A stretch of DNA of 63,247 nt, the filler included, from Rhabdomonas costata (taxonomy: Eukaryota): NCBI GenBank assembly GCA_019059605.1. It is 24 parts of 24 records of this genome, joined end to end, with 100 filler letters (N's around TTAATTAATTAA, not from the genome) between each part and the next. Parts side by side here need not be neighbours in the genome. Positions count along the whole stretch, not along the records: positions 34,337 to 36,874 come from JAHMHO010002962.1; positions 36,975 to 39,512 come from JAHMHO010002963.1; positions 39,613 to 42,149 come from JAHMHO010002964.1; positions 42,250 to 44,791 come from JAHMHO010002965.1; positions 44,892 to 47,429 come from JAHMHO010002966.1; positions 47,530 to 50,066 come from JAHMHO010002967.1; 18 more parts are not named here. One strand, 5' to 3'. Positions 36,814 through 48,847 of the stretch are shown piece by piece. The first letter of the stretch is position 1. Every line of letters starts with the position of its first letter. The translations under genes were made by a program, and so were the position numbers. The notes beneath the pieces are model-generated. The model was given only the letters and a program-made list of their open reading frames with translations. It was not told the DNA's origin and did no database searches.

Positions 36814-38116
36814 GTTCGCCACACCCACAGCCCCATGCGCGCTTCTCATGAAGTGCTACATATCCACCCCCACCNNNNNNNNNNNNNNNNNNNNNNNNNN
36901 NNNNNNNNNNNNNNNNNNTTAATTAATTAANNNNNNNNNNNNNNNNNNNNNNNNNNNNNNNNNNNNNNNNNNNNGTGTTGGGTGTGGTTGGGGGGTTTGT
37001 GTATGCTGTGTGCGTCGTGCTTTGTGGCTGTTTTCCCGCCCGGCAGTGCGCGGGAATGTGTCCACGGTTTGGTTTGTTTGGTTTTGAACTTCTTTTGTGC
37101 CCGCATTTCGTTCACTGTGTTGCTGGACCTTTGTGCTAAAGAGATCTAAAGAGACTGCTCTTCCAATCCCTGCGTCCGTATTTTCCCAGCTCCACCTATT
37201 CCACTTGTTTGTCAGCCCATTGAAAGGTTTTGGTGCCCGTGGCCATATTTGGATGTATTGGTGCTCAGTATCGCATCAGGTGGCCAACCAACGCAGTACC
37301 ATTTTCCAAAGGTCTGGAGGCCTTCCTCTGACTACGATGTTTTCTTTTTGCTGGTGCTGCAACAGGCAAATAAAAAAGCGAAAATTGATGCGAAAAGTTC
37401 GTGTTCCTGTTTTGCTGCTTCCAGCACGGAGGCTGACTACGAAGGAGCAGCGGTTGTCTGCACACCGCCTGTACAAGTCTGCGAAGCAGCGCCGTGAGGT
37501 GCAGTGCCTTTTCCAGTGGTGAACGTTTTCGTGGCAGAGACCTTGATGGGTCGTTTTCTCTTTACCCTGTTTTGAAAGCACGTCATCCAAAGCAATGACA
37601 CTTGAGTTTTGTGAAGTTTTATCTTCTCTTCGTGGATGTGTCGCGTCAATTTGCCTTGGACGTGACTTTTTGTCTTTCTTCCAAACGGTTAAAGTCACGC
37701 CTGGCAGAACAGTTCGTTGTGTCGCGAGCTCGCTCCTGAGCACCCTCGCATTCCATTGTCTTATTGCACGCTTATCCTTTCGCTGAATTTAGGAAATTCA
37801 GCGCAGGGTTTCGCTGCCCTGCTGCTGCGCCGATCTCTCCCCGGAGCAGTGGGACCAGGTGTGCGTGTGGACGGGTGGGGGCAATGGGGGTTTTGTAATA
37901 CGTTGTTCAATGAGGGAAAGGGTGCTTATGTGCGGGTTTTGATTTGGCTATGATAAGGCCCCGTGCTCACCCAGATGGGGCGAGAAATTTGAAGCCATAG
38001 CGTTTGGTGAGAATTGTTTGCGTGAATCATTTTTGTCCCCCTGGTGTGATAATGAAGGGTGGATCTGTCTCAGGCTGCTCTAACCTGTTATTGTGGGGGG
38101 GGGGCTGTCCTCCTTA

Positions 38117-38525
38117 GATGGTTTTTCAACTCTACGGTGGAGTGGATGCCGCTGCGGCTGACGGTGGAGAAGCAGCTGCGGTATGGCGTGACATGGAAAG
38201 GCTCGACACACTGCCCGCTTTTTTTTGGAGCGGAAGTTGTCTGTTTGTATTTTGCAGGCCTCACCAAAATGTGTTCACCGTGTTTTCTCTGGCGATTCCT
38301 CTCGCTTTATCAGGGGATCTGCCAGCACCAGCGGTGCCTGAGCTGTGGGGCGCTTGCGGACGGGTGCTCGTTTCGTGTTGCGCCCTTGTCCGCTGTGCAC
38401 GAGGAGGTGTACTCCTCGGCCGTGCACACGCAGGTCCGCCGCACCGCTGCCCACGAGGAATTCCGCTCCGCGGCTATGGCCCAGGACCAGTACCCAAGGG
38501 AGCCGCACCATTGCCTGGAGTGTGG
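38117..38525 (+). CDS. Possible internal exons of an unknown protein
   Basis: GC-rich segment bounded by ag|...|gt (WFFNSTVEWMPLRLTVEKQLR), plus EEVYSSAVHTQ...HHCLE. No family recognised. Confidence 0.3.
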
Positions 38526-40578
38526 GTCGCCTCTGGAGGAGGCAGCTGTTGCGGCACTTCAGCCTCTCTCGTCCCGCGCTCCGGAGAGTGCACTTCCCCA
38601 ACCGTAATAGCGGTGGCTGCGGGAGGCTTTCCGAAGTGGTGCGCGCGTCACACCCGAGTGTTTTGTCACCTCCAGCCACGCTGTGCGGAAGGGACGGCAT
38701 TTCACCGTCGCTGCTGTGGCTTCAACGTGGCGATGTTTCCTGCAGTGTGTTACTCTCTCGCTGTGTACAGCGGTGCTGTCTATTTTCGGTGTATGCGGTG
38801 GTGCTCGTGTAAGATGGGATTTTATGCCTGCCACCGCTTTGTGTGCTCTTGTCCTCTGTAGTTGTTTTTCTTTCTCTTGGCTGGCACGAGCCGGCAATCA
38901 CTTCTGCATGTCATGAACGGAAGCTTCATCCAGTTTTGCGGTGGGTGTCTACGAGAAAGGCCCGGGTGTGAGTACGGTTAACATCATTGATAAGACAATC
39001 GGTGTTGACCAAATGGAACCTCAAAGGCGAGATGTGATGACCCTCAAGGTCGTTTCAATGTCCAAAGCAGCGCATAAAGTCCCGCGTCATGAGAGAAAAC
39101 CATATCACTCTCTCGCCTTGTGTTCTTATACACACGACTTGTATAGTATTACTTACCGACCGTACGTGAAATTCACCCAATGTCACGTTGTTGGAAGGAC
39201 CAGGCATCTGTGCCAAGCCCTTCTTCCTCTGCGTCAGCCCAGCGTCATCTCCGCTTCACCCTTCAAGCGCGATGCTCTCAAAATCAGACTACTCAGACAA
39301 AACCACAGTAAAAATGGGCATAAAGTCTTTTCCCGAAAAGTTCCTCCCTTGTCCCTTTTCAGCTTAGGAACTATTCAGCCGAAAATCGATCATTCAATCG
39401 AATTGCTCTTTAATTCCGCGTTTATTAGCCTTTTTCGCATCTCATCTTTGTTTCTCTTTGGGTTTTCTCTTCTCAAACTTTGGAAAAGGAAAGTTGGGGG
39501 CGAATGGCCAAANNNNNNNNNNNNNNNNNNNNNNNNNNNNNNNNNNNNNNNNNNNNTTAATTAATTAANNNNNNNNNNNNNNNNNNNNNNNNNNNNNNNN
39601 NNNNNNNNNNNNGTTTCTTTTTGGGAGTTTGGCACAGGTGGCGTCAAGGTTCCTTTGCTGGGCCTTAGCACCGTGAACTCCGAGCTCCTCGGCCGGCGCA
39701 ACTTGCGCACCCGAGCTGTCTGCACTGCCTGGTGCAGGCTTGGTTGCGGGTGACCGCCACCCCTTCCCGCGAGAGCAGGACGCGGCGCGGCGCTGCTGCT
39801 GCAGAGTGTCCAGCAGTTGGCGAACACCAGATGCTGCAGGTGGGGCAATAAGATGTGGCATTGCCCAACTGCAATGCTGATTAATGAACCTGAGGCTGAG
39901 ATGCCGGGGCTGCTGCTCTTTGCTGTGCCGGATCGGGGTGAGGTGGGTCCAGGTGGGTTGCTTTCCACTTGCTTTGCCGGCCTATAGGGGGTGCTGCGCG
40001 ACAGCGGTTGGCTGCGGTGCGGGAGGTGCAACCGACAGTGCTGGTGTACTCTGGAGGGAACATGGGACTCCCGATGCAGCTGAGGCTGAGGGCGGTGCTG
40101 AGGCTAAGAGTGCTTGTGCAGCTCCTATGCAGCTCACGTCGCCGGGCGTCACTAAAGCACAATATGTGGCAGTGGCTGCGGGTGTGGTGGTATTGCTCAC
40201 CGAGTCCGCTGCAACCGGAGCACTCCTTTGCACGGGAGTGGTTTCCCCGGGACTCGGCTGTGGTAGCAGATTGGGATGAGAAGGAAGGCAAGAGCAGGTA
40301 TACCGGAACCATTCAAGGTCTGCAAAAGAGACGCCTAAAGAGCTGGAACAGTTGATGAAGGAGATGGTGCCCCTGCGGCCGCGCTGCTACTGCGAGGCAG
40401 GGTGATGTAGCGGCCGCTGATAAATGTGAGCCTGGCCGAGAAGGGCACTTTGTTTGTTGCCGGCTGCTGGTGTGTGCGTGCGGGGGGCAGGGGATAACCG
40501 GGATATGTATATCGGCACTAAAGACCCCCCCCCCCGATAACTCAGCAGCGCCGAAAAGAGATTCAGCGCGCGCGCGCG

Positions 40579-40608
40579 CACGCACACATACACACACACA
40601 CACACACT
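40579..40608. repeat. (CA)n microsatellite preceded by (CG)n
   Basis: Visible directly in the sequence. Confidence 0.9.
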
Positions 40609-40631
40609 TAAACACACAAAAAAAAGTGCAC

Positions 40632-41041
40632 CTCCGCACATCGCCGTCCGACACAGTCATCGCCACATGCCGCCACCCCACAAAGCCGGGCTCAAAGGTA
40701 AAAATATCAGTGGCCTTGTTCAGAGAGAAGAACACCAGGTCCCCAAAGGCTATGCTCCAGTACTCCAGATCAGCCACCGTGGCAAACGTCAGAGCCGACG
40801 GCAACGAGGCACTCGACATGCTGTACACCCACGCCTCCATCGAATAGTTCACCACCCCACACAGCTGCGTGAAGTTCAGCACCACTCCGGCAGACACATC
40901 GTTGGTAAAGGCCAGGCTGGTGCCACCCCCAGGCAGCCCCGGAGCAGCGCAGACCCGAGATCCAAGCGAAACCAGAAAAAGAATCAAAAGGCCTTGAAGC
41001 AGCCACCCAACCATCAGCACCACTCGACTGGCGGCTGCCAT
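40632..41041 (-). CDS. Secreted or membrane LamG/pentraxin (ConA-like) domain protein, first exon
   Basis: Signal peptide, then SLAF, YSMEAWV and WRHVAMT LamG motifs. Ends at an ag|gtgc donor followed by a (GT)n tract. Confidence 0.75.
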
Positions 41042-42675
41042 CACACGTGGGGGAAAAGCGAAAGAAAAAATTTGCCGGTGCAAGCAATCATTACATCGGA
41101 AACATGAAAAAGTGTTGCTGATGGAAATGGAGGATGCGGTTACGGCGCTTGCAGTAGGTAGAGGCAATGCACGTGAGCTGAATCTGGATTATTGCTTTTT
41201 GGTTCGGGTTTATGCGAGGGTGGGTAAAGGTGGATTGGAGAATGCAACTGGCTGAGAGCTGAACATCCAAAACTTCTGATGAAACCCCACCCCACCCCAC
41301 AAATTTCCCTTTTTAATTGCAGGTGAACAATTCAAACTGAGGCCGGACGGAATATGCCCCGCTTCCCCATTGCACCAAGACTCATGTTCTGCATCCCACA
41401 GTTCACCCTGAAAGCACAATAGGTACAATATGTGCTTGACCAGAAAAGAGGGGAGTTCTGACACAATCAGTTTCAGTCACCGACGTGGCGCAGTGTAACA
41501 TTTGGATAAGAGGGTGGGAGTGACCCATGTGGTATCTGCTCACATCCTACTGACACCGAATGGTTTTCAACTGAGGGGATCCTATACCCACCCGCGCTAC
41601 TGCGCAAGGCCCGCTCCTACCCTCCCAGCCACCTGCATTGCCGATGCTTTAGCAATCAATGAGTCGCAGTCCCCCATTTTTCTGTCTTCCAGTATCTGTT
41701 TTATATATAAAAAAAATATATAAAAAATAAATATATAAAAAATAAATATAAAATATTGCAATCGTCCAATCTGTGAACTTCGCTGTGAACCCAATCCTTT
41801 GGGTAATAGTAAAGCTACACTAACTGCCAAAGAACACCCGCTGAGAGGGAAGAAAAGCCTGGACGTCACGCAGCTTCGGAGACGGGGCAGCTTCTGAAAG
41901 AAGGGCCCTGCTGCTGGATTTCATGCATGGAAATGTATACGGGCATTACTGAACGAAGAGCTCGCACTGATACTGGGCAACCTGGATTTCCGGAGATGGT
42001 GCAACAGATTTCAAAGCTCTGCGGATGGATTGGCTTGAAACGCAAAGTCAGATGGTAATACAAGCCAGTGCAAAAAAAAAGGGGGGGGGCTCTAAGAAAG
42101 GTACAGCACCACTACCCCCTCCCCCCCCTCCCTCTAAAAAACACAACAANNNNNNNNNNNNNNNNNNNNNNNNNNNNNNNNNNNNNNNNNNNNTTAATTA
42201 ATTAANNNNNNNNNNNNNNNNNNNNNNNNNNNNNNNNNNNNNNNNNNNNGGTTGTGTGTGGAGTTTCCGTGGTGTGTAATACCGTAGACCGGTATTTGGT
42301 GTTTAGGGGTGGGGGGTGGAGTGCGTGCTACCCGAAACGGACGCTTCCTTCCTCTTCGCTTGAAAAGGGAAATCGTCCCCCCTCTCTCGCCCTCCATGTT
42401 CACCAATGGTCGCTTGTGCACTTCTTCCCTTTTTCCATTTTCTGTACCGCACCCTTTGAAGGCTGCGCGGTTGGGTGTGTTACACACAGTTGTGCTGCCG
42501 GTGCTGCCGGTGTTTGCTGCTGCTATACGTGTGTACATACATATATCGGGAGGCTGGTTCCATCGCGCTGGTTCCATCGCCCCCCAACCCGTCCCCACCC
42601 TAATGGGTATGCCTTTGTTGGCACTGGACGTGGAGTGTTTATCTTATCTTGGCCTTGGGGGTAATGCCCGGATCA

Positions 42676-42679
42676 ACAC

Positions 42680-42725
<46 letters not shown>
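42676..42725. repeat. (CA)n/(CACATA)n microsatellite
   Basis: Visible directly in the sequence. Confidence 0.92.
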
Positions 42726-43332
42726 CGTTTCAGTGGATTTCTTCCGTTGTCGTATTGGTTAGACGTTGTGGCCGCAGGTTCATGGTGTGCTTGTACATGT
42801 GCTTGGCGCATCTATCCTTGAATGCTGGCGCGCGGCTTCACACCCGCCCTTCCTTGGTATGAAGGGTGGAGGCAAGGCCTTCGGCCCCAGGACATATTAG
42901 ATACCCCCCGTTTTTTTTCCCGTTGAATGTGTGATTTGCTTGGTGCCTGTTGTGACTGCTTGTGTCCGCAATGGAGATCAACGCAGGGACGTCCGAGATA
43001 GTTCCACATCGCCTACAAAACCGAGGCTGCGAGACGTACATTATTTCTCCAAGACTCCCTTTTTGCCGGGTTGTGTTGATATTTCGTCTCTCTCGGGGGG
43101 GGGGGGATGCGGATTGTTCAGCCTCATTGAGCATCCGGAACTGTCTTGAGTGTAGGGTCAAAATAGAATGAGGTGAAGGAGTTGGCAATTCTTGTGCCAC
43201 GTCAGAAGCAGCAGTTGCACGGTTTGGGAAGGTACACATGCCTGACGGACTTGCCTTGGCACTGGTGTTCAGTGTCCCGCCTGCAATGCCTAGTGTCTGT
43301 TCTCGCTCAGATTTTTTCTACCCTTCCTATCA

Positions 43333-44791
43333 ATGAAGCGCTGTGCCCAACTTCTGAGGAGGTGCACCCCCAACGCCTATGCCAGCAAAGGCTCGGAAGG
43401 CCAACTCTCCTGTCCTTCTGCTGAGAAGGCTGAAGCTCGGGCCTGCGTACAATTTCCGCTTTGGCTCTTGGTGGGGCTGCTCTCCGTGGTCAGCCTGGTC
43501 ATTGTGGGGGTGCTGACGTACTTCCTGGTGTACACCCGAACGGGGGAGGCCATGGACAGCGTGGCGGTGAGCTACCGGGAGCTGGGGTTCCAGGCGGTGG
43601 ACAACAAGGTGACGGGGATGCTGGGGCAGGTCGCAGCGATGACGAAGCTTCTTGGGCTGCAGGCGGCCATTGCTCCTGCGGGTATCCTCTTTCTGGCATA
43701 TTGTGTAGGTTACTTTTTGCGTACAGGGGGAAGAGATGCGTAATAATGCCGTCAAGTTCGTCCCCGTTCGAGACCATTTTTGAAACGCACCCTGCATGCT
43801 TCACTTTAGCGGAGGTTCTCGTCGAAACTCCCAGGGCACTTTGCTGTTTCTGCAGTGAACTGGCCTGCTTGTTACTATTCGGTCACCTTCTTTAGGTTGA
43901 TGATCGTATTTCCCAAACCCGTATGCTAGCGCTGTTCGTGCCTTGCTTTAAAGGAAGCACCTCCCCAATAGAGCTGCGCAAGCAGCTCAGCCTGGGGCTC
44001 TCGGTGATGTCCATGGCGCAGGACCACTACCTGGGCTTCAGCACCGGGGAGCTGCTGGTGCTGCACCGCCTCACGGCGGCGGCGGACTCCACTGAGGTCT
44101 GGGAGGTCAGCAGCGACATGACGGGAAACCGCATCGCCATCTTCCCGGCAACCTCGTGGGACACGGACTGGCTGGCCCCAGCCGCTGGGAACCTGAACGG
44201 CACCGGAGCGCTGTACAACGCCACGTTTCGGGTGTCTTTGTGCTTGCCTGAGGTAGTGTTACGCAGTTGGATTTGGGGATTTCGGCGATTTCCAAGGTGG
44301 CGCAAAGCACATCGGCAGCATTGTGACAAAAAGAGACACAATTAGAAAGTGTCTTGGGGTCCACCTATTTGTTATGAAAGCAGCGTCCCTGTCTTAAGAC
44401 CTCGGTGAAGGGATGGTGTGCGTGTGTCTGCTCGTCTCAGCCCGCTTATCTGTTTCTTCGACAGTCTTGGTACATGGCGGCGGTTCAGAACCCGGGAACC
44501 ACAGTGACTTTCGGCTCGGTTTACTTCGCGCTGTACCCCACGGGTCCCGCCATGGTTGTTCCCGCGGTGTACCCGGTCAGCACAGCGGGGAGGTCAGCGA
44601 TCTCTTACGTGGCGGCGACCAACGTGATGCTGCAGTCTCTGGATGACTTCCTGAAGACGGTACTTGCTGCTCCTTTTGCGTAGTTGTTCTCTGTGTTTCC
44701 TTACCCTTTTGTGTCGTCACGCCGCCCTTGTTTTCGGCTCAGATTACGGCCAACCTGCTGTCAGAGACGGTGCTGTTCCTTGTGGAGCGCA
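43333..44791 (+). CDS. Membrane receptor with an N-terminal TM helix and an extracellular Cache-like sensor (receptor cyclase or kinase type), partial; exons 43333-43681, 43954-44231, 44465-44659, 44743-end
   Basis: Hydrophobic helix LWLLVGLLSVVSLVIVGVLTYFLVY. The spliced sequence YNATFR|SWY resembles the Cache Y...R.WY motif. Also LDDFLK and VLFLVER. Three frame-consistent GT-AG introns. Confidence 0.78.
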
Positions 44792-44900
44792 NNNNNNNNN
44801 NNNNNNNNNNNNNNNNNNNNNNNNNNNNNNNNNNNTTAATTAATTAANNNNNNNNNNNNNNNNNNNNNNNNNNNNNNNNNNNNNNNNNNNNGGGTGTTGG

Positions 44901-45830
44901 GTCATTCCCGTGGGTATCCCATTGATTTTTAGCAGAACACTACCGCCGACGTTGAAGTAGTTGTTCTCGATCAAGCATGTCAGTAGTTATGCTACTTGGG
45001 CTCGAGTGTGGAATTTTTAAGTGGAGAGCCGTCTTTTGTTATCCCAGAGTCCGGATTGGTGATGAAGTTCCAACCCTCATCAACAGCTTCAAGGACATAA
45101 ACGTCTCTTGACAGATCGGATTATCACTGTGAAGGCATCACGCTGATGCACAAGAACGCCTTGACCACATCATTTGACTGGAAGATTTTATCATTCTACA
45201 GCATTCCTTGATGTGCTGGAGTATCCAGTTATAGAGGTGGACCGTGTCACAGAATTTACACTCCTGTTCGGGATGCCCGCAAATAAGAGCGAATTCCAGG
45301 CAACGCCGCCATTGCCATAGATACCATCGAGGCCAATCTTGTTGCATACGCGCCTATCCCACCACCAGCTGTACCTCAGTTTCCTCATGAACGAGGAAAC
45401 TGAGTCGGTATCAGAGTATCTGAGACTCTGCGCAGGTGGACTGTTTTTCACACCAGTGAAGCCGGTATTGTGGTAGCAGAACAGCTGGTATGATGTTCGG
45501 GCAATTGAGGTTATTGCTACTGATTTTCGTGCCACTTGGCAGTTCGGGCAACCATCGGTGACACAGGTTCCCGCCAAGCGGCAGAGACGCTCTATCCACC
45601 CGGCCGCTTGAATATGATTTCAGGCGCGGATGGACGAATTGCGGTAGATAGTGTTCTGGAACTGCGCGTTCCACACCTTGGCGGCCAGATCCTCGGCGGT
45701 CTCGGTCGCATAGGCTGAATTAGTCTTCAGCTGCTTGATGGGCTTTTTTGTAAAAGAGATGGTCTGGGGTGTAATCCGCCACGCGTGACCGCGGCCCACA
45801 AAGTATGGGACGCAGTATGGCATTTTCCCG
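44901..45830 (-). mobile_element. Decayed Penelope-like element (PLE) reverse transcriptase
   Basis: CDTVHLYNWI (like D..SLYT.I) followed by LIENNYFNVGGSVLLKINGIPTG (like NYF.F....Q..G.PMG). Stops and frameshifts present. Confidence 0.62.
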
Positions 45831-46689
45831 GATGTCAGCCGAGGTTAAGGAACGGTGTACGAAGGAAAAAAGGGGCGGACATGAATACCCGGGACAGCAA
45901 AGGATTTCCCATTGCAATCATGAGCGGCGAAACGAGACGTCAACCCGGGCAAGACACGAATATATGCGATAAACCCAAGAGAGGAACTGACCGAAGGACG
46001 TCCGAACATCGTCGGACTTGCCCTCCCTCAGATTTGTCATATCAATTTGAGATACCAATCGTTGGACACCAAAAATTTTCCCACAGCGTCGGTTCCTTTC
46101 ACCAAAATGGGGATGGCGTAATCACAATCACGCAAAAAAAATTGATACCGAAAAAAACCACTGGATGGGAGACAAGCGGGTGCTCTTTTTCGACCCCATC
46201 AAATTCTTTCAATAAATCACTGTTGCCAAAAGGCTTCTCGGCATCCGCGAAAATGCCTGAAGCCCATTTTACCCAACTTCGGGCCTGCACGCGGAGCCAA
46301 AACCGGTCATGGGTTCTCCTAATTGCCTATCCGTAGAGCCCATGAGTGGGTCGTGCGGGCTTCGGAATGGGGGGGGGGGACCTGATCCTGCTCATTCGCT
46401 CCCACTAGCGAAATCGTGCTGAACCGGGTTGGTTTTTGCTGTTTAACCTGTTTCTTGATTGGATCTCAAACCTCTTCCTGTGGGCCATCTCCAATAAACC
46501 TCCACGGAAATCCCCCTGGAAAGGCGAGTGCACAAACAAAGCACTGACTTTTGCACACGGTGTGAGGTGGTGAAGGCGGACGAGGCAAGGGTTCCTCCTT
46601 GCTCACACCAGCACACAAGCACGGACAGCAAGGCACAGGTACAGGTGCAGCGCAGCCTCACACACAAGAAAGGGAGGCTGGACCCTGGG

Positions 46690-47429
46690 CTACCGCAGGA
46701 AAACCTTCATCACAAGCCCAAAAATCAGGGCCAGGATCAGCACCCCAAGTACCCCAACAATCAGGCAAAAGCGGCTCTTCTTCGCAATCTTGTCCGCCTC
46801 AATCAGCTGCTGATGGCCCTGCTGCACACAGTCATACGTCTTGCCAATGTTGTAGTCAATCTGGTCCACCACGGTGCCCTGGTACAGCACCAGGGCGTTC
46901 ATCTCCTTGAAGATCTCATGGAGATCAACGATGCTCTTGTAGATCTTGTCCATCTCCTTATCTCGCTCTGCAATCAGCCGCTCGGTGTTCATCAGGCACT
47001 CCATCTGGGCCTGAGTGTATTGGTTATAGCCATCCGGGCTTCCCGTACTCCCCTCGGCATCGTCCAGAGAGCCCCCAGGGGGCGGCACAAACTGCAGCTT
47101 CCCCTCGCGCTCCCTCTGCTTCCGCACAATGGAGAAGTAGTGGTGCTGCTCCGACTGGAACGCCTTCGACAGCTCGTTCAGCTGCGTTGCCACGGCGTAC
47201 CGCATGTTCTCCTGCACCTTGTGCTCGTCCGAGCTCAGCTCGTTGAGGTTGCTGGCCATCAGGGCCTTCAGCTTGCGGTCTCCCTCGCGGAACATGTCCT
47301 GGATCTCGTCCGTGACCTCCTGGATAGCGTGTTCCTCCTGCGTCGGGTCGCGGTTCAGCATGGGCTTCAGCCGCGACACGTGCAGCTCCTTCAGCCGCAC
47401 CAGCCGCGACCGCAGGGTGGTCCCCACCC
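46690..47429 (-). CDS. STX16: Syntaxin-16/Tlg2/SYP4-type Qa-SNARE, 5'-truncated, intronless over this stretch
   Basis: LNELSKAFQSEQHHY, then the SNARE motif ERDKEMDKIYKSIVDLHEIFKEMNALVLYQGTVVDQIDYNI, a C-terminal TM helix and a TAG stop. Confidence 0.92.
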
Positions 47430-48268
47430 NNNNNNNNNNNNNNNNNNNNNNNNNNNNNNNNNNNNNNNNNNNNTTAATTAATTAANNNNNNNNNNNNNNN
47501 NNNNNNNNNNNNNNNNNNNNNNNNNNNNNTGTTTTTTTTACCGCCTTCTGACAGCAAGGCACCCCCCCTCCCAGCTCTGTGTGGACATGACTTGTATTTC
47601 CGCATGAAGGCGAGTGGTGTGCATGGCGGCAGAACCGACGCATATAGACCCTTCTTAAAGTGATCGCAGTGTAGGTCGCCAGGACTCTTCGACAGCAGGG
47701 AATACGCCTGCACGACGTCCGGGAAAGGCGACGTCTGCAGAGTTTAAATAGCTTCATATGAATATCAATGAAATAAGGGCGCAGTGGTTGCTGCTGCGAG
47801 GTCCTCCTCCAATTAGCTTTTTGAAAGTTGAAGCAGAGGTAAAAGACTAACCCTATATGACGTTTGGACAGACCTGGGGGTGCAGATTGGGCATATAATC
47901 TTAGCGCGGTGGCTTACCGTAACACACTCCTTTCGCCTCGAGTATTCAGGAGTCCACATGGCACTGCAGTGAAAACGAAAGGCTTTTTCGGGGCGGCACC
48001 GAAGCGCAGTCGTTGGTCTGCAATTGTATTCTGGGAAGTGGTGGCAAGGCGCGGTCTCGTTCGTGCTGCTTCTCTAATGGTCAGCAACATCATCTGCCTC
48101 GAGGACTCCCCCTGGAAACAACGAAGAACCAACCCAGAACCTTACTCACATTGCACTCAAGCATAGGCATGCATATCGCCCCCGGCTCCGTCCCTCCCCG
48201 CTGTGTTCAAGTTTTCATCTCCAACGCGCACTGCTTCCTTTTGATGCTCTTTCGGATCTCTCTCTCAG

Positions 48269-48847
48269 GTGCCCCGCTCATGGGGGCGGCCGCCTCAGGT
48301 CGCCGACGACCCCACAGCGTACCCCTCGCAGTGGTATGAGGTCAACGACCGCCGCCATGAGCTCCGCCGCAAGCCTGGGAACGATGATACCTGGTACAGC
48401 GCCCGCCTCACCGCTGTGCTGGCCATGGGCCAGCCCGGTCCCACTGTAATCACCTTTGAGGTGGTGGAGTACGGTGGCTGGCTCTCCTTCGGAGTTGCCC
48501 CGCTGAGCTCCTGCAGTGACCTCCAGCAGCGCGAGGATCATATCCCCGGTCGGGCCCCATGGTCGGTTGGGCTGTGCCTACGGTTTGGTGTTGACTCAAA
48601 CCAAACTCACATCCGCAACACGCGCGAGGAGACCAACACAATGCCCACGCTGAAGCCCGCGGACCGCGTGCAGCTCGTTATTGACCGCAGCAGCCCGGAG
48701 AACTCCACAGGGGGCACCGTGGCCTTCACTCTCAATGGGGCCACGGTGTGGGGCGGGGTCCAGTCTCCGCTGGAGCTTGGCTACACCGAAGACGCCGTGG
48801 TGGTGCTGTCGATGAGGAAGCCTGGGGCTGTTCGAATCGTGGAGTAA
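48269..48847 (+). CDS. SPRY/B30.2-like domain protein, last exon (paralog of 23991-24906)
   Basis: cag| acceptor. TFEVVEYGGWLSFGVAP, DRVQLVIDRS and GTVAFTLNG. TAA stop. Confidence 0.72.
   Translation: MPRSWGRPPQVADDPTAYPSQWYEVNDRRHELRRKPGNDDTWYSARLTAVLAMGQPGPTVITFEVVEYGGWLSFGVAPLSSCSDLQQREDHIPGRAPWSVGLCLRFGVDSNQTHIRNTREETNTMPTLKPADRVQLVIDRSSPENSTGGTVAFTLNGATVWGGVQSPLELGYTEDAVVVLSMRKPGAVRIVE

Noticed and set aside
39613-40400. GC-rich multi-frame ORFs downstream of the LamG exon
   Set aside because: I could not establish the strand, the splice frame or any family.
41700-41757. AT-only tract
   Set aside because: Simple low-complexity sequence with no supportable function.
46528-47481. 317-aa plus-strand ORF
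   Set aside because: Antisense shadow of syntaxin-16.
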